Assembly (NCBI GenBank): GCA_963805925.1
Contig: CAWDWB010000007.1
Location: forward strand, 485,261-549,260
DNA length: 64,000 nucleotides
Reading direction: 5' to 3'
Origin: an uncultured Acidobacteriota bacterium
Lineage (GTDB): Bacteria > Acidobacteriota > Terriglobia > Bryobacterales > UBA6623
The translations under genes and the position numbers were made by a program. A model generated the notes under the pieces. It ran no database searches. It saw only the letters and a list, made by a program, of their open reading frames with translations, and was not told the DNA's origin. Position 1 is the stretch's first letter; each line of letters opens with the position of its first letter. Of the stretch, positions 50,734 through 62,216 are shown piece after piece.

Positions 50734-53700
50734 GTGATTAAAAGTGCATGGTTCACTTTGGTCGCGACTGTGTTGCTGGCCCTGGCGCCGGCATACGCCC
50801 AGAACTTTGGCGAGTTCACAGGCACGGTCGCTGACGCATCCGGCGCAGTGATTGCCGGAGCGAAGGTACGTAGTTACCAACGAAGCCACGGGCGTCGCCC
50901 GCACGGCTGAAACCAACGAGAGCGGCAGCTTCAACGTGCCGTTCGTCAACGCCGGCGTTTACACCCTCACAGCAGAACTGGAAGGCTTCCGTACCGCGCG
51001 GGTCGCTGGCCGCGTTCTGCAAATTGGTGACGTCGCTCAAGTCAACTTTACGCTTGAAATCGGCGTCGTGACCGAGATCGTCGAGGTTCAAGCCGGAGCG
51101 CAGATGCTCCAGACTTCAAATACCTCGGTCGGTACGGTCATCGACAACGAACGCATCGTCGAACTGCCGATCAACGGCCGCAACTACTTGAACTTGGTCA
51201 AGCTCAGCCCGAACGTCTCAGCCGAGATGCAGTCGGGCGGCCAGGCCGACTCCCGCCAAGGCGGCGAACGCGCGAACCAGTCGATCTCGATCGCCGGTCA
51301 GCGTCAGCAGTTCAACCGTTACACGCTGGACGGCGTGGAAAACACCGACCCGAACTTCAACACCTTCATCATTCGGCCTTCGGTCGACGCGTTGCAGGAG
51401 TTCAAGGTTCAGACCGGCGTTTACTCGGCCGAGTACGGCAAGGCCTCTTCGCAAGTCATCGTGACCACCAAGTCGGGAACGAACGAGTTCCACGGCACGG
51501 TTTACGAGTTCTTGCGTAACGACAAGATCCAAGCCAGGAACTGGGGCAAGCACGCCGAGAAGGATCCCTTCCGCCGCAACCAGTTCGGTTTCACCGTCAC
51601 CGGTCCGGTGGTGAAGAACCGCGTGTTCTTCATGGCCAACTACGAAGGTCTGCGCCAGAGTGGTCACCGGCTTCGGTCAGTCGACCGTCGCTCCGGTCTC
51701 GATGCGCAACGGCGATTTCTCCGATTTTCGCGCGGACATCTTCGATCCGACGAGCATGATGGAAGTTTCGGCCGGGCAAGTACACCGGTACGTCAGTTCG
51801 CCAACAACATCATTCCGACGAACCGGATCAGCCCGGTGGCGAAGAAGCTGTTGGAGTTCTATCCTGAGCCGACCCTGCCAACGATCCCGGTTGACGGCGG
51901 CAACAACTTCCAGCGCGACACGGTGACACCGACGACTGGGATCAGTTCACGACTCGCGCGGCGACTTCGCCGAGAACGGCAACTCGCAGTGGTTCTGTCG
52001 CTACAGCTGGGGCGGTGAAGACGGCTCAAGCAAGGCCGGCACGTTCCCGAGTTCCAGGACGAGCGCATCACCACCGACGTGCAGCAGCACATGCTCTCGA
52101 ACACGCGCACCTTCTCGCCGACCTTGGTCAACGAGTTGCGTTTAGGCGTCAGCTTGTTCAACAACGACAAGCTGACCCGCTTCAACGGCGAGCCGTAACA
52201 TCTCGGATGAGCTGGGCATTCCCGGCATGCCGATCCCGGCGCCGCAAGCCACGCGGTACGCCCGCGCGTCGGCATCGGCGGCAACAATGACTTCTCAGCG
52301 GCTGGGGCGAATCACCGAAGGTCCGTTCCTCAACCATAACCGCAACTTCCAGATCGTCAACAACACGAGCTGGATCCGCGGCAACCACACCTTCAAGTTC
52401 GGCATCGACATCTCCGAGGCGCGCTACGCCCAGATCGGCAATCAGTTTGCCCGTGGCGAGTTCAACGTCGAGCAACACGCAGACCGCCGACCCGAACAAC
52501 ACGGCGCACGACCGGCAACGGCGTTCGCCAGCTTCATGACCGGATGGCTGAACGAAGCGACCCGCGCGGCGGTTTGCCGAACGTTCAGTTCCGCCGCAAG
52601 CCGATGATGCTCTACTTCGAAGACACCTGGAAGATCACGCCGAAACTGACCATGAACATCGGCTCTGCGGTATGAGAACACCCCGCCGTGGCACGACAAG
52701 CACTCTGGCTACAACAACGTCGACTTCAAGGTGCTTGGGCATCGACGACACGGGTATCGACGAGAACTGCCCAACGCCGATCTTGGTTCGGCCCGAAGGC
52801 GACAGCGACGATCCATGAAGGTTTGACCTTCCACTTCGCGGACGTGCGTTCCTGAAAGCAGTCAGCGACACGCTAGCTCTACAGCCGCCGCATGGTCCGT
52901 TGGGACACCAACGACTTCGCTCCGCGCCTGGGCCTCTCCTGGGCCCCGGACGCCAAGACGACGGTTCGCGCCGGCTACGGCATGTTCTACGCCCAAGACA
53001 CGGCCAACCCCGTGTTCGATATGGCCGTAACTTCGGCGCTCGCGACACAACCGCGGCACCGAGCGATCCCGACCGTCAACTTCAGCACGGACCTTGGGCA
53101 ACAAAGGCCGGCGCCGGCACCGTCACCTGCTCCGAACTGGGACGGCGCTTGCGTTCAACGGTCTCTACACGTTCGCGAACGATGCCGGTCGCAATGACTC
53201 CGAACATCCAACAGTGGGTGCTCAACATCCAACGCCAGGTCACCGATACCCTCATGATCGAGGCCGGCTACATGGGCAGCATGGGCCACTACCTGCAGAA
53301 GATGCACGGTTGGAACCAGCCGCTGTTGCGCTCTGGACCAGGAGACAACACGACCGAGAACCAACGCCGTCCCTGGGGCGGCGAGGAGTACGGCACGATC
53401 CAGATCGTTTCGAGCTTGGGCAATTCCAACTACCACGCTCTGGGCGTTAAGGTGCTGCAACGCAGCAACAACGGTCTGACCTACTTGTTGGGTTACACCT
53501 GGGCCAAGTCGATCGACGATTCGTCGGCGATCCGCACCAACGGCGGCGACAACCTGTTCCCGATCGAACTTCTACGACTGGAGCAACGAGCGCGGCCTGT
53601 CGCAGTTCCATACGGCTCACCGCCTGACGGCGTCCATCTGTACGATCTGCCGTTGCGTTTCGACAACAAGTCTGCTCGAAGCTCTGGCGGGCGGCTGGCA

Positions 53701-54174
53701 GGCTGGCGCGATCTTCACCTTCTCGACCGGCACTCCCCGTGGCCAAGGCGGTTGCCCGGCAACTACAACTTCGGCGGCAGCGGCGGCGCGGACGCGAACG
53801 GCAGTCAACCCGAACGTAAGGACCGGGGACGGCAGAAGCCTTCTGGAGCAAGGGTGCCGACGGTCTGCAAAACTCCTTCTACTGCGGCGGAAAGATCTCG
53901 GCGAATCTGTCGACCCGGCCTTCCCTTACCGCTACGGCAACTCGAGCCGCAACTCCTTGATCGGACCGGGCTACCGCAACATGGACTTCTCCGCGACGAA
54001 GAGCTTCAAGATCAGCGAGATCGATGGGAGTGGAGTTCCGTTCGAGTCTTCAACGCACCAACCACCCGAACTGGAATCCGCCGAGCACGAGCTTGACCTC
54101 GTCACAGTACGGCAGAATCACCAGCGCGCGTGACATGCGAATGAACCAGTTCGCGTCTGAAGGTTAACTTCTAA
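50734..54174 (+). pseudogene. Oar-like TonB-dependent receptor with carboxypeptidase-regulatory-like N-domain; heavily frameshifted
   Basis: Signal peptide MIKSAWFTL..AYAQ; GTVADASGAVIAGA, LPINGRNYL, SVDALQEFKV, TKSGTNEFHG, FRRNQFG, NDFAPRLGLSW, YTWAKSID; ends LKVNF*. Confidence 0.85.
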
Positions 54175-54222
54175 CTGTTCGAATTGCCCTCACCTCTTGG
54201 TCCCCAAAACCTTGGTTAGGGC

Positions 54223-54253
54223 AGGGGCGTTCCGGTCAGACCGGAACGCCCCT
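54223..54253 (+). terminator. Strong hairpin after the TonB receptor
   Basis: AGGGGCGTTCCGGTC-A-GACCGGAACGCCCCT followed by a weak T-rich tract. Confidence 0.6.
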
Positions 54254-54455
54254 CTCACTTTGTAGAGGGAGTACCGCCGCCCGGCGGGCGAGAAGCCCTT
54301 GCTGGCAGGATGGCTGAGCGCCGTACCCGGCCTGCTTCCCGCTTCCGTGCCAATGACTGCGGCAATGCCAGCTACAGTCTGACGAAACAATCCGATTGGC
54401 GAGGGAGTCTAATAGGTAGGAGTGCTCGTGGCTGCCATGCCATGGGGAGAATACC

Positions 54456-55142
54456 TTGATGCGCATTTTTAGACCTTTCCTCGTTCTGATGATCGCGGCC
54501 GCCGCCGGTTTGCATGCCGCTTCGATGGAAGAGGCGAAACAACTGCTTTCGGAAGGCAAGCTCGATGCTGCGCAGACTATGCTGCAGGAAGTCATTGCCA
54601 ACGAACCGGACTTCGCCCTGGCGCACTATGAATTAGGCGGAATTCTCATTGAACGAAAGGACTTCGCAGGCGCTGAGCGGGAGTTCACCCGGGTAGAGGA
54701 GTTAGGGTCAACAGGTCTCGCGCTGATCGGGCAAGGCCGAGTTCGTTTAGCGCAGGAACGGGCCCCCGAGGCCAAGGAACTGTTCAACCGAGCCCAAGAA
54801 CAGACCCCGACCGCTCAGGAGTTGCTCAATCGGATTGAGACGGCGGATTCGGAGGAGAGCAAGGCAGCCGCGCGCGCAGCAGCGGACAACTTTGCGGACC
54901 TCTACTATAACCGCGGTCTCGCGAACGCTTTGCTGCGCGATTACGCGGCATCTGCGGCCGATTTGGAGACCAGCATCCGGCTGGACCCGACCAACGCCAA
55001 GGCGCATTATTATGCGGGATTGGCGTACAACGCACTCAAACGCCCTGACATGATGGTGTCTCATTTCCAGACTTATCTGACAATGGAACCGGAAGGACCG
55101 GAATCTGCAAGAGTGCGTTCGGTTCTTCGCGGCGTACGCTAG
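54456..55142 (+). CDS. Secreted TPR protein
   Basis: Signal peptide; TPR motifs EPDFALAHYELG, YYNRGLA, DPTNAKAHYYAGLAY. Confidence 0.85.
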   Translation: MMRIFRPFLVLMIAAAAGLHAASMEEAKQLLSEGKLDAAQTMLQEVIANEPDFALAHYELGGILIERKDFAGAEREFTRVEELGSTGLALIGQGRVRLAQERAPEAKELFNRAQEQTPTAQELLNRIETADSEESKAAARAAADNFADLYYNRGLANALLRDYAASAADLETSIRLDPTNAKAHYYAGLAYNALKRPDMMVSHFQTYLTMEPEGPESARVRSVLRGVR

Positions 55143-55157
55143 GAGGTCAATTCGACG

Positions 55158-58100
55158 GTGGGTCAGAGCAAGCGGGCGCGCGTCGCCCTGGCGGTTGGGG
55201 GCGTGCTCGTCGCCCTCGTCGTCCTTCTGCTCGCAGTGGTTCACCTGCCGTTTGTCCGTAGCGCGGTGCTCGAACAGGCACGGCAGTTCGCCAATCGTTC
55301 CGGCTTCCAACTCGACGCATCCGATCTCGACTATAACCTGCTCACAGGGGACGTCTCCTTGCAGGGTATTGTCTTGCGGGCGAAAGGAGCGGCCGACGAT
55401 ACGCCCCTGCTGCAGGCCGATCTTCTTCAGGTCAAACTGAGCCTGCGCGAACTGCTGTCCAAGCGGCTGCACATCGAGCAAGGCCATCTTGTAAAGCCGC
55501 AGTTCGCCGCTATCTATCTAGCCGATGGCGGGTCGAATCTTACTGGACCGGCCGAAGATCAGGCGGTCCCCGCCGAGGCGAACGGTCAGCCCCCCCTCGC
55601 CTGGTCCATTGAGCAGTTTTCTCTACAAGACGGATCGATCCTATTGGAGGATCGAGACCTGCCCCTCACCGTAGAGTTGCCCAACTGGTCCCTAGATTTG
55701 TCCGGGGGCAGCGACGGCCGCACCCAGCTAACCTTTGCTTCTGACGAGCCGGGATCGCTTGACTGGAAAGGGCGGCGGAGCGCGGTGGGGAACTTGGCGA
55801 TCGAGGGCTCGCTGAGCGGTCAGGATTTGGACCTGTCCAACATCCAGATCGCCCTGCCGGCGCTGGGCACATCTGGGCGGGGCTCTGTCTTGTTCGGCGG
55901 CGCTCCCGGCGAACTAACCCTCAATTTCGACCTCACTGCCGATGCTGCTCGTCTGGCGGAGTATCTCGAGTTAGACCAGGACATCGCCGGAGCAACAGCC
56001 GTCAATCTGCGCGGCGGAGGTTCCCTGGATTCTATTTCTTTTTCCGTAGAGGCTCAATCGGAATCCTTCCGCTACCGGACTCTTAACAACATGGCCGTCG
56101 ATGTTGCGGCGGGTTGGACGATGGGCGCCGACATCCTCGATTTGCCTCGCGCGAACTTGCGATCCAGTTTCGGCGAGATCAATGCGAGCGGCCAGATTGC
56201 AATTGATGCCGGCGCGACGAGTTCCCTCTCGGCGACGATTCGCGGCCTGCAGCTAGCGCCAATCACGCGCGAGTTTGGGCCTGGCGTTATCGTCGCCAGC
56301 ACAGCTGCGGGCGACGCGGAGTTGAGTTGGCAAGGCACGGACGCCGAGCAATTTATTCGATCGCTGTCGGGCGCCGCCAACCTGCGGCTTTCGCCGACGC
56401 TGTCTTCGCCCCGGCAGAATACCGTACCGCTGGCGGGTACGGTACGCCTGCGCGCCGCTGACGGCCGCAAGACGCTGGGCTTCACTTCGCTCTCGGCCCT
56501 GGCGACTTCTTCGAGCGGCCAACTGCAAGTAGATGCCCAAGAGCGTCTGAGCGGACAGCTGACGATTGCGTCTGTCGATGCCGGAGCTAGCTACTCCGCG
56601 TTGCAAGCATTTTTAGGTGAGCCGGCGGCTGAAGCTCCCCAGATCGGCGGGCGGCTCAATGCGACGGTGGACCTGAGCGGCACGCTCACGAGGCCCCGAG
56701 CGAGCGCCGTCCTTAACGGCGAGGAGCTTGCGGCCGGCGAGATCCGCGACGCCGCGATCGAGATGCGAGCCGACTATCGGGACGGCCAAATCGTCATCGA
56801 GAGCGGCTCCCTCGGTTGGGCCGATCAACGAGCGACGGTCGCCGGTCGCGTTGATCTTGGCGCTTCCCAGACGCAGTTCGATATGACTTTCGACGCCGAG
56901 AGCCTCGATATCGGCGCGATCCGATCGGCAATCGCGAACGAGACGCCGATCGACGGAACACTCACGGCACACGCTTCGCTGGCGGGTACGACGGATTCCC
57001 CGTCGGTTCAGGCGATCGTGTCGACTAACAGCCTCGTTGCCTATGGCCAGCCATTTGGCTCGATGTCCGCCGAATTATCCCTGACGGACGGAGTCGCTCA
57101 TTTGACGCGCTTGCGCGTCGATCAGTCGAACGTCGACGGACAGCCGGGTGAACTATCCGCATCGGGCGAATATCGTTTGGACGACGGACGTTACTCGCTT
57201 GTTGCCGAGGGGCGAAATCTTAGCCTCGAACAACTCCAAATCACCCCACAAGAACGGCTCGGCGGGATTCTGAATTTCCACGTTTCTGGGCAGGGAACGA
57301 CGGACGCTCCCCAGTTGCAAGGGGATGCCTCCCTAGCCGGCTCCACCTACCAGGGGCGCGCCCTTGGCGACCTGCAACTTGAGCTTTCAACACAAGACAA
57401 CCGCGCCCGCATCACGGCGCAAGCAGCCAAGTTCAATGCTGTGCTGAACGCCCAAGTCGATCTCGCCGCTCCCCATGCGGGAACCTTCGAGATCGAACTC
57501 AACAACACCGATCTCAGCCAACTAAAAATTAGCGGGCCGAAGGGCGAACCAGTCTCCGGCACGGTGGCTGCAACGCTCACGGCCCAGGGCGAGATCGACA
57601 ACTGGCAAGACGCCGCCGCCCGACTGGTCGTGCGCGAGGCGAGTGTCCAGGCCGTGGAACGCCTGCCCCTCAAAACGAACGGCGATATCGTCTTGCGTTA
57701 TGAACACCGCACATTAATCGCGGATCAGGCCGCCGTTGCCGTTGGCCATTCCACTTTTGATATCAGCGGTCGCTTGCCCTTGGAGGAGCCAGTTGCCGGA
57801 GATCAATTCGCGATTGGCGGCATTCTCGATCTGAACGAACTAGCCGCTTTCGTTCCTTCTGAGACCCCAGTAGGGGCCAGCGGCCGCGTCGAACTGGATG
57901 CGACGGTCGGCGGGACCCTGACCACGCCGATTCCGGCAGGCGAGGTTCGGCTGTTGGAGGCGGCGGTATTCAATCAGGCCATCTTTAGTCCGATCACGTC
58001 GATCAACGGCACGGTTCGGCTTACCGGCGACACCGTCGAACTCCAGGGGCTGACGGGGGATTGGGCGGGCGCGAAACTCGATCTAAGCGGTTCGGCTCCG

Positions 58101-61100
58101 ATGGCGCTGTTTGGTATCGGCGAAGCTGCAGCGGAGCCGCGACCGATTCGCGCCGACTGGTCCCTCAACGGTCTGGTGATCGACTCCTTGACGGCTCTTC
58201 CGCGCGGCACGGGCGGGAGGGTTAGCCTTGGTGGGCGCCTGGAAGGATTGAAGCCAGAACTCGCAGCGCTGGAAGGGCTCATCACCGTCAGCGAGTTCGA
58301 TGTTCACTACGACGACATCCGCCTAGGCCAAGCGCAGCCCTCCCGCTTGCGCCTCAGCAACGGCGTGTTGACGGTAGATAGTTTTGAACTGACCGGGCCC
58401 AATCTCGAAGCGACGCTGACAGGAGATGTGCAGTTCTCCCCCGAGACGAAACTCAATCTGGACCTCTCTCTCGACACGGACGCCGCTGTCCTGGCGCGCG
58501 TCGTGGACCGCATTTCCGCCACCGGTCCTGTGCGGCTGCGCATCGCTGCACGCGGAGCGCCGAGCGATCCCCAGTTGACCGGCGAGCTGGCTTGGGATCA
58601 CGGCGAGATCGCCTCTTCCCAAGCTGGCCTGGCCGCCCAGGACTTGAACCTGCAACTCGCAATCAAGCCGGGCACGGTCGAAGTGAAGCGCTTCAACGGA
58701 TCTCTAAACGGAGGCAGTCTGGAGGTCGGCGGCAGCTTCGACTATGCCGGCGCCGAACTGACTCGCGTCGATCTCACCGCCAAGGCGGATGCTGTGTTTT
58801 TGGAGATTCCCAAGGGGTTGAGAACGGTCTCCAATACAGATCTCACCATCCGCAGCCAAGACGACAGCATCGTCATCGGCGGTCGCGTCGATGTGGAAGA
58901 GGGCGTATATCGTGAACCGGTGGAGTTCGACTTGTTGTTGTTGGACCTGCTACGCGGCTCCGGCGGCCCGACCGAGTTCGTTACGGAGCCCAACGCTCTG
59001 TTGGCGCGCACTCGTTTCAATGTTGCCGTCCAATCCGTAAATCCCATCGTCGTCGACAACAACATCGCCAAGCTGGGAGCGACGCTCGATTTGCGCCTGA
59101 CGGGCAGCTATTACCGGCCTGGTCTAGTCGGGCGGATGGAGTTAGAGGAAGGCGGCGAACTCTACATCTCGGAGAACCGTTACTTCGTGGACCATGGCGT
59201 GATCGATTTCTTGAATGAAAGTCGCATTCAGCCCTCCCTGGACATCTTGGCCCGCACGAAGGTCCGGAACCAGTACGACATCGAATTGGCGATTACCGGC
59301 GGCGGCGCTGAGCCGGTCGCCACCCAACTCACCTCATCCTCACATCCTGATTTGGCCGAGCCGGACTTGATCTCCTTGCTGTTGACCGGACGCTTGCGTG
59401 AGGAACTCCGCGGAGAAGAAGTCAACGCAGCCGCGGAGCAGTCCCTCTCTTATTTGACTGGCCGCATTGGCGGACGGCTTTCGCGGGCGGCCCAGGATAC
59501 GTTGGGCTTAAGCGAGGTCCGCATCGAGCCCAACCTAATCGCTGCCGAATCCGATCCCGGCGCACGGCTCACCGTCGGCCAAAACCTCAGTTCCGCTCTG
59601 AGCCTGGTCTATTCCATGAACCTCGCTGACAGCTCCGATCAGATCTGGACCGTTCGCTATGACCTCACTCGGCGGTTTCAAGCTCGCGGCGTTCGTCAGG
59701 CGGACAACACGTACCGCTTCGACTTCCAGCACGACGTGCGATTCGGCGGCGGGCAGAACGCCGGCCGGCCGCGCCGCAGTCTGAGGGCCGAACGGTTGAT
59801 CGGCGCCGTCACGGTGGCCGGCGATAACCCGTTGTCCGAGGACGAGATTCTCTCCAAGCTGAAAATCAAGGCGGGTCGTCCTTACGACTTTTTCACCATC
59901 AGCAAAGGCTCCGACAAGATTGAGCAGATGCTTGAAAAGCAGGGCTATCTCGAAGCGAAAGTTTCTATCAAGCGTGAAATGAATGAGGCGACTGTCGACC
60001 TGGTAGTGACCGTCGAGGCGGGGCCGAAGGTCAATCTCATCTATGAGGGCTGGTCGCCGAGCGGCAAATTGCGGAACAAAGTTCGGCAACTTTGGAGCGA
60101 CGGCGTTTTCGACGCCCAACGACTCGACGACGCTCGCCGAGCGATCCTGGAGGAACTGACGGCTCGCGGTTACCTCGCCGCGGAATTTCGCACGGACGTG
60201 ACCGCGAGAGCGGACGGCGAGAAGCGCGTGCTCTTTGAAATTCATCCGAACACGCGTTTCGAAAAGGTGGACCTAGTCTTCGAAGGGGCGAACGCGTTCG
60301 CCAGCAAGGATCTCCGCAAGCGATTGAAGGCGCAAGGGCTGCTCAGCGGCATCTACATCGACTCGAACGATGCGCTCGACTTCTTGCAGAATCTCTATCG
60401 TACCCAGGGTTATTTGGATATCCGGATCGACGCGCCGCGACAGGAGTTGAACGCCGCCGCCCGCACGGCTCAAGTCGTCGTTCCCATTTCTGAAGGCCCG
60501 CAGTACCGTGTCGGAGAACTCACGTTCAGCGGTAACGAGAAGCTGACGGAGCAGCAGTTGCGGGGTGCGGCGAAGCTCACTGCCGGCGCAATCTACAATC
60601 CCCTCCTCTTGCAGGATCTGTACCTTCGCTTGGAAGAAGAATACTGGCGAGCAGGATTTCAGGACGTGGAGCTTACGTTCCGGATGGAGAAGTTGGAAAG
60701 CGAATCGGCAGTCCGAGTCAACGCTGTGATTCAAGAGAATCGCCAGAGCGTCGTCGAACGAATCCAGGTAGCCGGCGCCAAGGCCACGAGCGAAAAACTA
60801 GCGCTCAGCCAGCTCGGAATCGAACCCGGCAAGCCGCTGAACTTCGAGCAGTCTACCAAGGGGCGGCGCGCCCTCTACGATACGGGGGCCTATACGCTGG
60901 TCGACCTGAGCTACAACCCGATTGACGCGCCTGGCGGGCCGCCGGACCCCGGAGTGAAACCCCTTGAGGCGACCTTGAGGCTTCGCGAGGTGCAGCCGTT
61001 CCAGGTTCGTTACGGCGGTTTCTTTGATAGCGAGCATGGCCCAGGGGGCATACTCGACGTTCGCAACCGCAATACCTTGGGCGCGGCCCGCACGATCGGC

Positions 61101-62018
61101 GGGCGCCTGCGGGCCGACGCGGAGTTTCGAGAGGCGCGCCTCTTCTTCAGTCAACCGTTGTTGCGCCGGTTTCCGCTTTCGACCAATTTCGTGACCTTCG
61201 TGTCCAGGACGAAGCGTCCAGGCGAGTTCTTCGACGAGATTGACCATCGCCGCGGCTTCTCGATTTCGCAAGAGACGCGTTGGAAGAATCACTACATACT
61301 CAACTACGGGTATCGCTTCGAGAAGCTCGTTTCCGAACAAGATCCCCCGGACCCATTCTTCCCCGATCCCATTCGCCTGAATGTAGCGCCGTTTACGGTT
61401 TCTTTCACGCGCGAGACGCGCGACAACATTCTGGATGCCAGCCGCGGAGACTTCCTGTCCAACACCTTCGAATGGGCGCCCGCGCAGTTGGGCGGGGACA
61501 GTTCCTTGCATTTCATTCGCTCCTTCAGCCAATACTTCCGCTACTTCCCGCTCAGTGAGCCGTCCGACGCGCCCTTCCGCGGCAAGGCGCAGCGCTCTCG
61601 GTGGGTCTACGCAACCGGTGCGCGCGTCGGCCTGGCTCGCGGGCTTGGCGGCCAAGTCATACCCGATGCCGAGAAGTTCTTCGCAGGCGGCGGCACAACC
61701 GTGCGAGGCTTTGCGCAGGATCAACTCGGCGGTGCGGACTATTACGGTCCTGTCGGCGGCGACGCGGTCTTCGTGCTGAACAACGAACTACGCTTTCCCC
61801 TCCGGTGGATGTTCGATGGCGTAACATTCCTGGATGTCGGCAACGTCTACGACAAGGTCAGCGATTTCAGTTTCACGGACTTGCGAAAATCCGCTGGTCT
61901 TGGGATCCGCGTCAGAACGCCGTTTTTTTTGATTCGAGCCGACTATGGGTTGAAGCTAGATCGACGCCCCGGCGAATCAGCGGGTCAATTCTTCTTCAGT
62001 ATTGGCCAGGCGTTCTAG
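55158..62018 (+). CDS. Fused AsmA/TamB-like periplasmic bridge + POTRA + Omp85 (TamA/BamA-like) beta-barrel, 2286 aa
   Basis: N-terminal TM anchor, long beta-rich repeats, DUF490-like region (VDNNIAKL..DLRLTGS), POTRA repeats (EGPQYRV), FFAGGGTTVRGF, NNELRFP, C-terminal FFFSIGQAF. Confidence 0.88.
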   Translation: MGQSKRARVALAVGGVLVALVVLLLAVVHLPFVRSAVLEQARQFANRSGFQLDASDLDYNLLTGDVSLQGIVLRAKGAADDTPLLQADLLQVKLSLRELLSKRLHIEQGHLVKPQFAAIYLADGGSNLTGPAEDQAVPAEANGQPPLAWSIEQFSLQDGSILLEDRDLPLTVELPNWSLDLSGGSDGRTQLTFASDEPGSLDWKGRRSAVGNLAIEGSLSGQDLDLSNIQIALPALGTSGRGSVLFGGAPGELTLNFDLTADAARLAEYLELDQDIAGATAVNLRGGGSLDSISFSVEAQSESFRYRTLNNMAVDVAAGWTMGADILDLPRANLRSSFGEINASGQIAIDAGATSSLSATIRGLQLAPITREFGPGVIVASTAAGDAELSWQGTDAEQFIRSLSGAANLRLSPTLSSPRQNTVPLAGTVRLRAADGRKTLGFTSLSALATSSSGQLQVDAQERLSGQLTIASVDAGASYSALQAFLGEPAAEAPQIGGRLNATVDLSGTLTRPRASAVLNGEELAAGEIRDAAIEMRADYRDGQIVIESGSLGWADQRATVAGRVDLGASQTQFDMTFDAESLDIGAIRSAIANETPIDGTLTAHASLAGTTDSPSVQAIVSTNSLVAYGQPFGSMSAELSLTDGVAHLTRLRVDQSNVDGQPGELSASGEYRLDDGRYSLVAEGRNLSLEQLQITPQERLGGILNFHVSGQGTTDAPQLQGDASLAGSTYQGRALGDLQLELSTQDNRARITAQAAKFNAVLNAQVDLAAPHAGTFEIELNNTDLSQLKISGPKGEPVSGTVAATLTAQGEIDNWQDAAARLVVREASVQAVERLPLKTNGDIVLRYEHRTLIADQAAVAVGHSTFDISGRLPLEEPVAGDQFAIGGILDLNELAAFVPSETPVGASGRVELDATVGGTLTTPIPAGEVRLLEAAVFNQAIFSPITSINGTVRLTGDTVELQGLTGDWAGAKLDLSGSAPMALFGIGEAAAEPRPIRADWSLNGLVIDSLTALPRGTGGRVSLGGRLEGLKPELAALEGLITVSEFDVHYDDIRLGQAQPSRLRLSNGVLTVDSFELTGPNLEATLTGDVQFSPETKLNLDLSLDTDAAVLARVVDRISATGPVRLRIAARGAPSDPQLTGELAWDHGEIASSQAGLAAQDLNLQLAIKPGTVEVKRFNGSLNGGSLEVGGSFDYAGAELTRVDLTAKADAVFLEIPKGLRTVSNTDLTIRSQDDSIVIGGRVDVEEGVYREPVEFDLLLLDLLRGSGGPTEFVTEPNALLARTRFNVAVQSVNPIVVDNNIAKLGATLDLRLTGSYYRPGLVGRMELEEGGELYISENRYFVDHGVIDFLNESRIQPSLDILARTKVRNQYDIELAITGGGAEPVATQLTSSSHPDLAEPDLISLLLTGRLREELRGEEVNAAAEQSLSYLTGRIGGRLSRAAQDTLGLSEVRIEPNLIAAESDPGARLTVGQNLSSALSLVYSMNLADSSDQIWTVRYDLTRRFQARGVRQADNTYRFDFQHDVRFGGGQNAGRPRRSLRAERLIGAVTVAGDNPLSEDEILSKLKIKAGRPYDFFTISKGSDKIEQMLEKQGYLEAKVSIKREMNEATVDLVVTVEAGPKVNLIYEGWSPSGKLRNKVRQLWSDGVFDAQRLDDARRAILEELTARGYLAAEFRTDVTARADGEKRVLFEIHPNTRFEKVDLVFEGANAFASKDLRKRLKAQGLLSGIYIDSNDALDFLQNLYRTQGYLDIRIDAPRQELNAAARTAQVVVPISEGPQYRVGELTFSGNEKLTEQQLRGAAKLTAGAIYNPLLLQDLYLRLEEEYWRAGFQDVELTFRMEKLESESAVRVNAVIQENRQSVVERIQVAGAKATSEKLALSQLGIEPGKPLNFEQSTKGRRALYDTGAYTLVDLSYNPIDAPGGPPDPGVKPLEATLRLREVQPFQVRYGGFFDSEHGPGGILDVRNRNTLGAARTIGGRLRADAEFREARLFFSQPLLRRFPLSTNFVTFVSRTKRPGEFFDEIDHRRGFSISQETRWKNHYILNYGYRFEKLVSEQDPPDPFFPDPIRLNVAPFTVSFTRETRDNILDASRGDFLSNTFEWAPAQLGGDSSLHFIRSFSQYFRYFPLSEPSDAPFRGKAQRSRWVYATGARVGLARGLGGQVIPDAEKFFAGGGTTVRGFAQDQLGGADYYGPVGGDAVFVLNNELRFPLRWMFDGVTFLDVGNVYDKVSDFSFTDLRKSAGLGIRVRTPFFLIRADYGLKLDRRPGESAGQFFFSIGQAF

Positions 62019-62216
62019 CGATTCCGACGCCACCATCCGGGTTGGTCGAGCGAGAAATCGTCAACGGCGCAAGTCTGACGCCGTCCGGGGTACGCGATCT
62101 TAGCGTACTGGTACCTATCGACGACCATTTCGGTACAGACGGGCTATGGACGATCTGAGGTACATCGGGTCAACTAGGGCTTAGCCTGTCCGGTTGGGTG
62201 GGTTAGAGGAGGAATA

